From Heteronotia binoei (lineage: Eukaryota), in assembly GCF_032191835.1 (NCBI RefSeq), contig NC_083232.1, forward strand, positions 72,416,001 through 72,480,000: a stretch of DNA of 64,000 bases, read 5' to 3'. Both the position numbers and the translations under genes were made by a program. The notes below the pieces were generated by a model, which ran no database searches, was not told the origin of the DNA, and was given only the letters and a program-made list of their open reading frames with translations. Below are positions 48,877 to 59,869 of this stretch, piece after piece; position 1 is the stretch's first letter, and every line of letters begins with the position of its first letter.

Positions 48877-51703
48877 CCTTGTACCACAGGGTAGGGGCTG
48901 GTGGACCACAATGAAGAGATTTAACTCAATGGTTAACCTCCCCCCCCTCCATGGTAGTATCAACCTCCCCATGGTAGTACCAAAATGAACACACACGCAA
49001 ATGGAGAGAACCACAAACTAGAAAGAGAAGTTCAAAGAAGCTAAACCCTTCTTCCTCTAAACATTAACACCACCAATCCTAATCAAATCTGGACCACAGT
49101 TAAAAAGTGCCTGCTGCTGTCCTGGCAGTTTGGGGGAGAAAGAAGGGACACTCATCCAGTCTTCCCACCCTCCTGCTGCTGCACTGGGTCAGTGAGGAGA
49201 GGCCAATCTGAAGAGACTGTGAATGCTGGAAGGATCCTGAGGAGCCTAATTTGTCACACTGACTGCCCTGGGAAAGCCCAAGTGCTGACTAAGCTCTGAT
49301 AGCAGCCAGCCCCTTCCAGTTCAGCTGGCCTTCAGAATGCAGCCCTTCTGTCAAGGTCAGCACCCTTGGGAAGCTCTGGAGGAATATCATGGAGGCTCTC
49401 TTGTAAGTGGTGTATGTGGAAGTCTGGGGTAGGGAATTTGCACTTGGCTGCCTTCAGTATGTGTGATGTTCCATCTTAGAGCAAGGGGGTGCAAGGGATG
49501 GGAGGAGTGATGGAGGTGGGAGAAGGGATGGTGTGGGAAGAGAAGCAAGGAGATGTAATGGTGGTTGCTGAATGTCTTGGCTACAGGACGGGAAAGAGAT
49601 GGGCCATTTTGAGGCCTGGCAAAGAAAACTTGAATGGGGGCTAATATGTTAAATGTTTTCCCAGCTTTCACTGTCTTGATACTTAATTTTTAAGTATCTT
49701 TTTTTATCTCAATATTCTTCCACCTTCAACTGCTAGAATGATTCTTTACTGTAGGCTGCATGCTTTTAAAAATAATACTTGTGTCAGGGTTCCTTCTAAG
49801 CTGAGTTAGTGTGAGCTAGCTCACAGTTATGCAGTAGCCAAATCGCTTGCTCACAACTTGAATGCCAATAGTATTAAGGTATTTTTGCTCACAAGACTCT
49901 ACAGCTTATAGGCAGCATTCTTTTGCTCATAAATATTCTTGGCTGGTTATGGTTCTGGATCCACAATGGTTGTTTTTATGATGTTTTATGGTTCTAATAA
50001 ATTTGAATTATCCCTGCATTAATGAGGGATTTGTAAACTGCCTTGGGAGCCACTGGCTGAGAGTGCAGGGTATAAATGTTTTAAATAAATAAATAAACAA
50101 GAGTACAACTCACTCCATAATTGACAATTTGCCACCCACTGCTATTCTCTAGATCCGCTGCTGCGGAAGGCTCTCTCAGGCTGCCTAATGATAGGTTAAG
50201 CCCCAGGAGGAGAGTTGATTGAGTGGGCAGGCTCTCCAATGCAGTGGAAAGAAACAGAAATCTGTACTTTGTCAGAGCTTTCTCTGCCTACACGAATTAA
50301 TAAAAACAAATCCAAGTAAAATAACAGGAGCAGAAACTTAACATGTGAGTTCAAAGGAGAAATAAAGGATGTAGTTAGAGGGTAAAATGTAATGTAATGC
50401 AAATTAAGAGCAAATCCACGGTAAGACAGCACACTCACATAATGTACCAAGAAAAGCAAAGGAACCATTAAGCTATTTGTACTCAGAAGTGAGAACAAAG
50501 AATGTCAGTGCAACCCACATTATTGGGAGGTGAAGGCAGAAGAAACAAACCATGACAAGTATCAGCATTTCACGTGGGGAAAAAAGTATGTTGAAGAAAG
50601 CAGAGCATCCAAGCCAACAAGTGCGAGGCTAGGAATGACCAATTTATAAAAGCCAAAAGGAATAGTTTAGGGGTTATTTCAATAAATATTAATAGAATGG
50701 AAACATGCGGTTTTAGGTCATGCAGATTTGAGAGAAAACATGTTGCTGACCTACAGTTGAACTGTATTTACGTCTTAAAAAACCGAACAGCTGCAACAAT
50801 GAACTCTAATCAGACAGAGAAGGTAGGAAGAATGTTATTATCAATTTAGTTAATAACCAGTACGCACAGTCACACATTAAACATATGTTCAATGTATTTC
50901 AGTGCTTACAAAACAACGTGACTTCATTTTAAGAGACATCATCTGCTTTACCTAACCTGTTTAGGCCAACTGTTTTACTAACACTTTACTAACTTAATGA
51001 CACATCTTATGACATTCCACCTAGATCTATGATGTTGTAGGACCACTTCCCTAATAGCACAGTCTAGAACGAGGGATATCAACCCTTTTTCTTTAATGAG
51101 AGCAACTTCTCACTCACAAAAAAATATCCCAATCTATTTACCAGTTCAACAGCTCTGCAGCCAGTTGGATGTACCCAAGGTCCTTGACCTGTTTGGCAAG
51201 GAGAGGAAGGAGATTCAGCCAGACGAGACGGTTGTGAGCTACTCTTGGGGAGCTACTGGTAGCTTGTAATCAACTGGCTGGCAATCCCTGGTCTACAGCA
51301 ACTATTGTCAGATGCTAGTGTTGGGATCTAACAGTTGCAAAACCAGAACTGGTGCTCAAAAAAGGCACTTACGGGAAGGTTTTTTGATGCAGCACTTTCA
51401 TCAGAGCAGCATTAGAGTGGGATTTGTAGCTAATAACCCGTCCAGAATGATGGGTCCTGTTTGTATGAGATGATACATCAGTGCATGGCCCTGGTGAACC
51501 ACAGGAACAAGGCATATATTTAGAGGCAACACTGGGATGAAACGTGCTTCCCAGTGAAATGATCTGTTATATTGGAAACAACTAACAAGCAGATAGAGAA
51601 GAAATAACTAACACCAGACATAGTTATTACCTGCTATGCCAATTCCTCTTCTGAGGACAAAACTAGACACGATGGCATCCTCAAATCTTTTATGAGGACA
51701 CTG

Positions 51704-51988
51704 AAAAAAGGTGAAGGTAGTCCCCTGTGCAAGCACCAGGCGTTTCCAACTCTGGGGTGATGTTGCTTTTTCAAGGCAGACTTTTTACGGGGTGGTTTGC
51801 CGTTGCTTTTCCCAGTCATCTACACTTCCCCCCCAGCAAGCTGGGTACTCATTTTACCAACCTAGGAAGGATGGAAGGCTGAGTCAACCTGAGCCAGCTA
51901 CCTGAAACCAGCTTCTGCCGGGATCAAACTCAGGTCATGAGCAGAGAGTTCAGACTGCAGTACTGCAGCTTTACCACTCTGTGCCACA
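51704..51988 (-). mobile_element. Sauria-type SINE
   Basis: Same body as 20378-20888 without the insertion. A and B boxes at the right end. Confidence 0.85.
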
Positions 51989-52797
51989 GACATTACTACC
52001 ATTTTAAAGTGACTTAAAAAGGCTGTAAGGGCCTGATCCTGATTGAGCCCGCAGCATGAAGGGTAAGGTGCTCTTGTCCCATCCAGAAAGTACTGGAAAC
52101 AGTTATGGATGTGTATCGGAAGCTGTTTCTGCCCCTGAAAAGGTGTGGGGGGGAGGGGGGAAGCACCTACGACCATTCCGCTGTGGGCCCCTTATGGTAA
52201 CTTTAAAGTGTTCCTCGGGCAGACAAAAGAATGCTATTGGGTTTAGTTTGGCCCTTTGTTTCAAGAAATTAACAGGCATCTGCACTTCACCTTGGGATAT
52301 TACATATATGAGGAATCACAGGGATACCTCTCTCTTTTCATTGCCAGCTCTAGAAATTCCAAACAATTTCCTCCTGCCTCTTTTTCTTGAGGGGAGTATA
52401 GAAAGTACAAAGAGGAGAAAGTACAAAAAAAAATCATCCAGTACAAGAAGGAAAGGAAAACACAGCATTCATCACACATGGGAAAAGAAAGGCTAGATAG
52501 ATTATATGAGAGATACTAAATTAAATCAAAAGGCCAAGAATTAGGCTGAATTGCAGATTCATCACAGTTCCCATGGACAAACCTTAAACATTTCCCAATT
52601 ACGGTAAATACTGAAACACAAAAAAGCCTAGTCCTGTAATAGGACAGAAAGCAAGCTGTTACCAACAGCAGAAATGGTAATTCAGTTGAAGTAATCAATG
52701 GCTGAAAATCCAAGCAATGTTATGCAAATCAGAAGTGAACTGATGACACCTGAATAACAGAAGAGGTAAGTGTGGCTGGCATTGCACACTTCATAAC

Positions 52798-52995
52798 CAA
52801 CGCTCCCTCTAAGCTGTGGTGTCTTGTGAGCAAAAATTCAACTTTGTAAGCTACTGGAGTTGTGAGCAAGTGATTTGACTACTGCATCAAATAGTTTGTT
52901 CTTGGGTCATCCTTCCTGAGCTAAGACAAAAATGTGTGAGCCAAAGGCTAAAAAACTGAGCTAGCTCACACTAACTCAGCTTAGAGGGAACACAG
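52798..52995. mobile_element. hAT-type MITE, same family as 26081-26289
   Basis: Same TIRs and colinear body. The right end abuts a second palindromic element. Confidence 0.75.
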
Positions 52996-53240
52996 ACCAT
53001 TTTTGCACACAGCTTACCTTGCAGTCACAATCCTGTTCCCTCCGCAGAGTACGGTCGGATTTCCCACCATCTGCGCCTAAGTTACAGGAAGTGCCGCAGC
53101 TTTTGCGTAGCAAACGTAAAACCCAGTTTACGTTTGATACGCAAAAGCCGCGGCACTTCCTGTAACTCCGGCGCAGATGGTGGGAAATCTGAGAGGGAAC
53201 AGGATTGTGACTGCGAGGTAAGCTGTGTGCGAAAACGGTC
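52995..53240. mobile_element. CpG-rich palindromic MITE (probably Harbinger-like)
   Basis: GACCATTTTTGCACACAGCTTACC / GGTAAGCTGTGTGCGAAAACGGTC ends, with long near-perfect arms. Confidence 0.72.
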
Positions 53241-54339
53241 ACTGATTGTCATGTGTAATTCCAGCTTGAGCATTCTGCATGTTGAAAGCCAAGGAGCTAT
53301 TAAGAGACGAAAATAAGAACAACCGAACAAGCCCTGCTGAATCAGACCAAAAGTCCACCTAGCTGAGCATCATCTTTTGTTTAGCAGCCAACCACACACT
53401 TTGGAAAGCCCACAAACAGGACAGGAAAACATGAGCTCTACCCTGCTGTTGCCTTCCAGCAGATGGTATTCAGAGATCCTCCCAGGCAGTTCAGCTTAAT
53501 GATTGTGAGCAGAAAACAGGAATTCAGGAAGGACATAAATACTTCAGAAGGAAAGCAGAAGGCACAAATCTTCATCCACAGAATCATACAATTAAATTTG
53601 GGGGCATGCTGTGGTAGCATTTCAGATGTTAATCATGAACAAATGTTTTCCTCAACTTCTGATTGAATTCAGGGAAAAGGAAGTGGAGCAACAGGATAAA
53701 AACCAAACTTTATGGAGAGAAACATTTATTATGGAGAAGAGAATCCAGCAACGAGAGGAAATTTTGATGTAGTTGAAAGATGGCTATCGACAGCAATAGT
53801 TGCTAAGAGACAGAGAAATGAAGGAATTACAGAGCTGGGTGTACCTAGCAAAGTGATGACCTAAATCAAAACCAGATCTGAGATCTTATAAAGAGAAAAC
53901 ATCCTGTCCAAAAGTCAACCTTTCAGTGCTGTTGAAGGTTAATAACGTCTACATCAACAATGAAAGCGTACAGAAGACAAAATCTATGGTTCATCATAGA
54001 ATTCAAATCGCAACTATCCCTCTTCCTTAAACACAGTCTCGAAGAATTTTCTAAAAAGAATGTTACAAAGCATGGATTCATGACATTATATAGCAAATAT
54101 CTGAAGTCAAAGTAACAGTAAATGCAAATGTGAATGAAGGATTCTTTTAGCCACAATTTCAAAATCAAATACATGTAATGCATACATTTCTTTATAAGGC
54201 AGCAAAACTCAGGCAGCCCAATAGCTAAGCAAATTCTTTTTCTGTGATACTAACGATGGGCATCAACTGGGAAAATGTGACCTGCCCTGTTCGTGAACCA
54301 CAGACGATAACAAATTTTTAGACTCTGGGTAGAATGGCC

Positions 54340-55290
54340 TCCCAGCATGCTAGAGACATCAAACTCGCAGGAGATCTCCATCTGACTCTCTTCAACCTGC
54401 CCTCCAAGTCTGGTGAGAACTGGATTTATGGAGTCTGAATTATGGCCCCCTCCAAAGAAGGTGTCCCCAGGAAAGTGCTTTCTGGATAAATGACATGCGG
54501 TCATTTCCCCAGAAACCACTTTCCTGGGGACACCTTCTTGGGGAGGGAGCTATAACTTGGACCTCGTACATCCAAACCTCACCAAATTTGGAGGGCATGT
54601 AGAGGAGAGTCAGCCAGAGATCCCCTTCAAGCTTGGTGCCTCTAGCTTCCACAGGATCTATTGTATACTCTCCTGAATCTGCACCTATCAAAATGACAGT
54701 TGACAGATGGGTCATTGTGACAAGCGCATATAGAATGGATCCTGTGCAAACTAGACACACCAAATGTGAAGGGTTTGTAGTGGAGCAACCTGGGGAGGTC
54801 CGCTACAAGTTTGGTATCTTTAGCTTGCACAGGATCTGTTCTATACAGTCCTGAACCTCTTGAGTCTGCACCGGTCAAAATGACAGCTGACGGGTGGTCA
54901 TTTCAGCAGGCACAGGTTCAGGAGTGTATAGAATAGATCCTGTCTAAATTAGACACATCAAACTCCAGCTGACTCGACTCTACCTGCCCTTCAGGTTTCA
55001 TGATTCTCGCTTGTGCAGAATCTGCTCTATACCCTCCTTAATCTGCACCTGCCAAAATGACTGTCTGTCAGCTGTCATTTTGACAGACACAAGTCCAGGA
55101 GTATACAGAACCAATCCTGCACAAGCTAGAGATACAAAACTTGGAGGGCATACAGAAGACCACTCAGGGAAGGTCTGTGAATTTGGTGTCTTTGGTTTGC
55201 TCAGAATCCTTTCTCTATAATCCTGAACTTGAGCTTGTCAAAATGACTGAGGTTCAGACATTTATAGAGCAGATCCTGTGCTAGCAGAAT
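54340..55290. repeat. Array of degenerate ~180-bp internally palindromic units (unassigned)
   Basis: Repeated TAGCTTGCACAGGATC...CAAAATGAC / GTCATT...GATCCTGTGCAA.CTAGA hairpins, plus a 23-bp perfect inverted repeat (54455-54477 with 54517-54539). Confidence 0.75.
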
Positions 55291-56889
55291 GTGGTGGGTT
55301 TACTCTGTGCTGGGCAGGACAGATAAGCCACCTCCTCAGAAGCAAGACACCTTCTTGAGCCCTCTGTATTTGTCATGGGCAAGGGCAGGGTTGGTATTAG
55401 CCACAAATAATGAGTCCACCAAGTCAAATTTTGTGGATATTAGGTCTTGTAGCTCCCTGGCAGAAAGCCAGATATTTTCTAACCAGTATACCTCATAGGA
55501 CGAGAAAGAACAGTAAAGTATTTATATTTATTTAAATGTTTAAACTTCAACATCAGAGTATCCATGCTGTGTAAAAGAAGGGCTCCCCCTTTTCTTTGCC
55601 AAAACAGTGAAGCATGCCACTTACAGAAAGCTACAAATGTTATATAGTACTTTGTACTTCCAGCTCTAAAGCCACTTATTAAATAAGATAAACTAAATAA
55701 AGACATACAAGCACCAACAATAAATGTAATGTTATTCATTACATCCATTCATTGCAGCAGGTTTCTCATAAGCATATCTAGAACTGAAGCTGTAATATTT
55801 AAGCTATATAGTATTGATTAACTTCAGGCAATAATGATTCGAGCCAACAGCACAGCAGAAGATAATGATGTTATTTGTCAAAACTATTATCTTTGATAGA
55901 TTAGTAATGATCATTTCACCATCTAATAACTCTTTGCTGCAGAATACAGGGACATTATTTTAGTATTCAGTCTGACGAATCCAGTTTTACTGGCTACTCT
56001 GACATCTCATTGTTCTTATTCTCTCTGCAATAGAGACAACAGCTTATTCTATATGAGCGAAGGTCACAAGAATTGGGGAAGCAGGGCTTGTAACACCTGT
56101 TAGAAAAAGAAGCTTTCCAGAACTGGTGAAATCTTAAAAAGGGCTTTCATATATTTGCCTGTTTTTTTTTTTTAAATAATGATGATGGAAGCTGTGTTGG
56201 AGAATCATAAGGAAGGCAAGAATAGAAAGCTGGTAAAAATTCTACAGAAGAGGGAAATTAAAGAATACATTTCCCATTCTCCGGGCAAAGAAGAGCCCTT
56301 TCCCCCATTTTTAAGAACCTTTCATTGAGATGAGGTCATGCTTTCTTGCTCATTAACAGGAAATATTCACTTCACTGTAGATTGCTAGATTATTTAAAAT
56401 ATTCTAAGCAACCTTCCTACCCAAATAGGGTCCCCCAAGGCGGTGAACACGGATGAGGTTGCCCGGTGCTTCTGTGCTTGATATACTGCTGTGGCCTTGC
56501 TTCCTTTGGGAGAAGGAGAGAAATTCTGCTGCATGTGGGCACCAGTTTGAATTGACCAATCCAATTGCTTTTGGTGAAGAGATACAGTAGAAATACCTGG
56601 TCTCAGAGCAGGCACATCCAGTACAGTCACACATGCAGAAATACAAGGGAATTGACCAAATAATTTCAAGTACTGTGGATGTAAACATGTTCAAGCCTAA
56701 TAGCACAGGGTGACTCCAGTTTGTAAACAAGAAGGAAAAATAGACAATGTTCTTCAGTAGGAAGAACTTGATAAAATAGGCCAAGGTGGTGTATTAATTG
56801 TAGCTTCTGTGCTTAATTTTCAGATCAGCTACTTTTACTGTAAGAGGCTGCTAGGAAAAAAAGCAACATAGGATTATAATAAATAAAAA

Positions 56890-57115
56890 TCAGAGGCTAT
56901 TAGCCATAGTGTATTGATGGAACTCTGTCTGAGGCAGTGATGCTCTGTAGTCTTGATGCTGGGGGGGGGAGGGCAACAGTGGGAGGGCTTCTAGTGTCCA
57001 GGCTCCACTGATGGACCTCCTGATGGCACCTGGTTTTTTGGCAACTATGTGACATAAGAGTGTTGGACTGGATGGGCTATTGGCCTCATCTAACATGGTT
57101 TCTCTTATGTTCTTA
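56890..57115 (+). mobile_element. CR1 LINE 3' end fragment
   Basis: Ends CATGGTTTCTCTTATGTTCTTA. Reverse complement of 341-512. Confidence 0.78.
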
Positions 57116-57797
57116 AAAAGCAGGTTAAGGAGGGCATAGCTGTGGAGGTCTGGATCACTCCTGGAAAGAGACATCTAGGGGACCAACTCAACTTTTATGA
57201 CAGAAGAAAGACAGGAGAACGCAGATCTAACTGCCATATAGCTTCAGAACAGAGAGCTCAACCTACAGGTATTTCCAAGCCTACTGTAATAGGACAACAG
57301 CTGGCTTCAACTATTGTATATTGTGAATGTGTAGTTTTAACCATCAATAAGCGTTCTTAAGTTCCAAGAGGAAAACCAGAATTTCACAGATTCTGTGTGG
57401 CCAACTGGGCTTAGCTGCACATCATAAAATGGTTGTTTGGAAGGAACCAGAAAGGTGTTTCTATTAATTTCCTATTCATACACAATTCTAAGTTCAGTCA
57501 CAGACTGATCCAGATTTGCTACAATTGTGCTACAGCGTGTCCAGCTTTACCACTTGCTTATTTCCTTTACCACTTGCTTAAACTTGCTTGTTACCAAGTC
57601 CAACAGTACTAAAAGGAGAGTTATAATAATAATAACAATAATACATTTTATTTATATCCCGCCCTCCCCACCGGAGCAGGCTCAGGGTGGCTCACAACAT
57701 ATTAATCCATTATACAATAAATGTTTGAACTAGCAGCAGGATTACTGCAATCACCTGGAAAAAAGCGTTCAAGCAAAGCATCATTGTGACAAGGTAC

Positions 57798-57947
57798 CAA
57801 GGCTTTTTTTGTAGCAGGAACTCCTTTGCATATTAGATCACACACCCCTGATGTAGCCAATCCTCCAAGAGCTTACAGTAGGCCCAGTAATAAGAGCTCT
57901 GTAAACATCAGGGGTGCAAAGAAGTTCCTGCTACAAAAAAAGCCCTG
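57798..57947. mobile_element. Internally deleted copy of the same palindromic MITE
   Basis: Same termini as 7695-7876 and a perfect 8-bp TSD CAAGGTAC. Confidence 0.85.
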
Positions 57948-59178
57948 CAAGGTACTAGCTTTTTATATGCTACCTGTCTCTCTCTTCAAGGAAACTGCTC
58001 TGCAGTTCATGAGTCTCTTTGTTAGTGGCTGAAGTAATGTCCCACGGAGAGAAGGGGGCTTGCTTACTCTAGAGCAGGGTTTCCCAAACTTTTCTTTTCT
58101 GTGGCCCGGTTATTTTTACACTTCTCCTTTGTGGCCCACTAAAATTTGGGGGTGGAGCCGAAAGGCAGGAATTATGTCATTTCCTGTGGTGTCAAGGACC
58201 AAGTGATGTTACTTCCGGGGCACAATGAACCAAAACTCCTCCTTTTCCTATGATGTCACTTCCAGGGCACTCCCCCAAACCTGCCTCTTCTTCAGAAGTA
58301 AATTCATTTTCAGAAAAATCTCTCTGAAACTCATGTTGAGCCAAAATGGGGGTGGAAAATGGGCGGTTCTCTCTTTTCACCTCCACACCTGCATGCACCT
58401 AGCTGTTTGTGTATTCTCCAGCTTGCAAGCACTCCTAATGCCCATGTTCAATTGCCTGCACCACCTACACATCCCTTCCTCAACAGCACTGGTCAGTGTA
58501 TGCAATTGGGAGTGCTGTTGCCATTGCCATCAGGAATGCCAGCACTGTGTACCACCCACACTGGGCCCTGGCAGCTGCTCTACCTCAAAATATGCTTCCT
58601 TCAGCTGCTACTACTGGACCCCTGCCTCAAGCTACAACCAAGCTTGCTTGGTTTCAAGGAAATCTTTCGATAGCTATTTTTCATACTTTTCTTTGGTTGA
58701 AACACTGGGAAATTGCTGTGAAAGGTAGCAGAGAACTGAATTGCAATTAATGAATTAATTTCAAGTTATATGAAGTTCATACAAGCTTTTCTGTAGTTAT
58801 CCCAAAAAGGATATTTATGAGGGGCTTGCAGCTTTTTACTGGCTGTGTTTCCCACGCCTTTAAAAGCAACCTGTTGTGCAGATACTTAGCCAGTGAACTG
58901 CTTTCATCCTTTTTAATATCTACAGGAGGAGTTTAATTTTGGTGTCAGATAGCTGTTAAAAGCAGGACCAGTAAAATGGTGCCACGTTCATAGTACCATC
59001 TCTTCCAGTGCTGTTGAGATATACCGCAGTAATCTCCAATAATCTCTTTCTGCCCCACATCTCTTACTCTCACTCACTCACACAGAAATCTCATAGAAGG
59101 CCACTTGGCTACAACTGGGGATGCCAACTTTTCATTGGCAGAGCTCCTATGTCTGCAACAACAGTATGATGAACAGAA

Positions 59179-59308
59179 NNNNNNNNNNNNNNNNNNNNNN
59201 NNNNNNNNNNNNNNNNNNNNNNNNNNNNNNNNNNNNNNNNNNNNNNNNNNNNNNNNNNNNNNNNNNNNNNNNNNNNNNNNNNNNNNNNNNNNNNNNNNNN
59301 NNNNNNNN
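59179..59308. other. Run of 130 N (gap or masked sequence)
   Basis: Seen directly in the sequence. Confidence 0.97.
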
Positions 59309-59473
59309 ACATAAACATAAGAGGAGCCATGTTGAATCAGGCCAGTGGACTATCCAGTCCAAAATTCCCTCATACAATGCCCAAAAAGCACCAGAATGTC
59401 CAAAAATGGGGCCAGGGGCACTAGAAGCCCTCCTACTGTTGCTTCCCCCCCTCCCAGCACCAAGAATACAGAC
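59309..59473 (-). mobile_element. CR1 3' end fragment between the two N runs
   Basis: ACATAAGAGGAGCCATGTTGAATCAGGCC...AAGAATACAGAC matches 341-512. Confidence 0.72.
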
Positions 59474-59869
59474 NNNNNNNNNNNNNNNNNNNNNNNNNNN
59501 NNNNNNNNNNNNNNNNNNNNNNNNNNNNNNNNNNNNNNNNNNNNNNNNNNNNNNNNNNNNNNNNNNNNNNNNNNNNNNNNNNNNNNNNNNNNNNNNNNNN
59601 NNNNNNNNNNNNNNNNNNNNNNNNNNNNNNNNNNNNNNNNNNNNNNNNNNNNNNNNNNNNNNNNNNNNNNNNNNNNNNNNNNNNNNNNNNNNNNNNNNNN
59701 NNNNNNNNNNNNNNNNNNNNNNNNNNNNNNNNNNNNNNNNNNNNNNNNNNNNNNNNNNNNNNNNNNNNNNNNNNNNNNNNNNNNNNNNNNNNNNNNNNNN
59801 NNNNNNNNNNNNNNNNNNNNNNNNNNNNNNNNNNNNNNNNNNNNNNNNNNNNNNNNNNNNNNNNNNNNN
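59474..59869. other. Run of 396 N (gap or masked sequence)
   Basis: Seen directly in the sequence. Confidence 0.97.

Noticed and set aside
54340-55290. CRISPR-like or regular repeat-spacer array
   Set aside because: Eukaryotic intron, units are long, degenerate and palindromic, spacers are related to each other, and there are no cas genes.
58225-58750. 167-aa and overlapping ORFs
   Set aside because: Low-complexity Cys/His/Ser-rich translations inside a DNA transposon remnant, with no domain signature.
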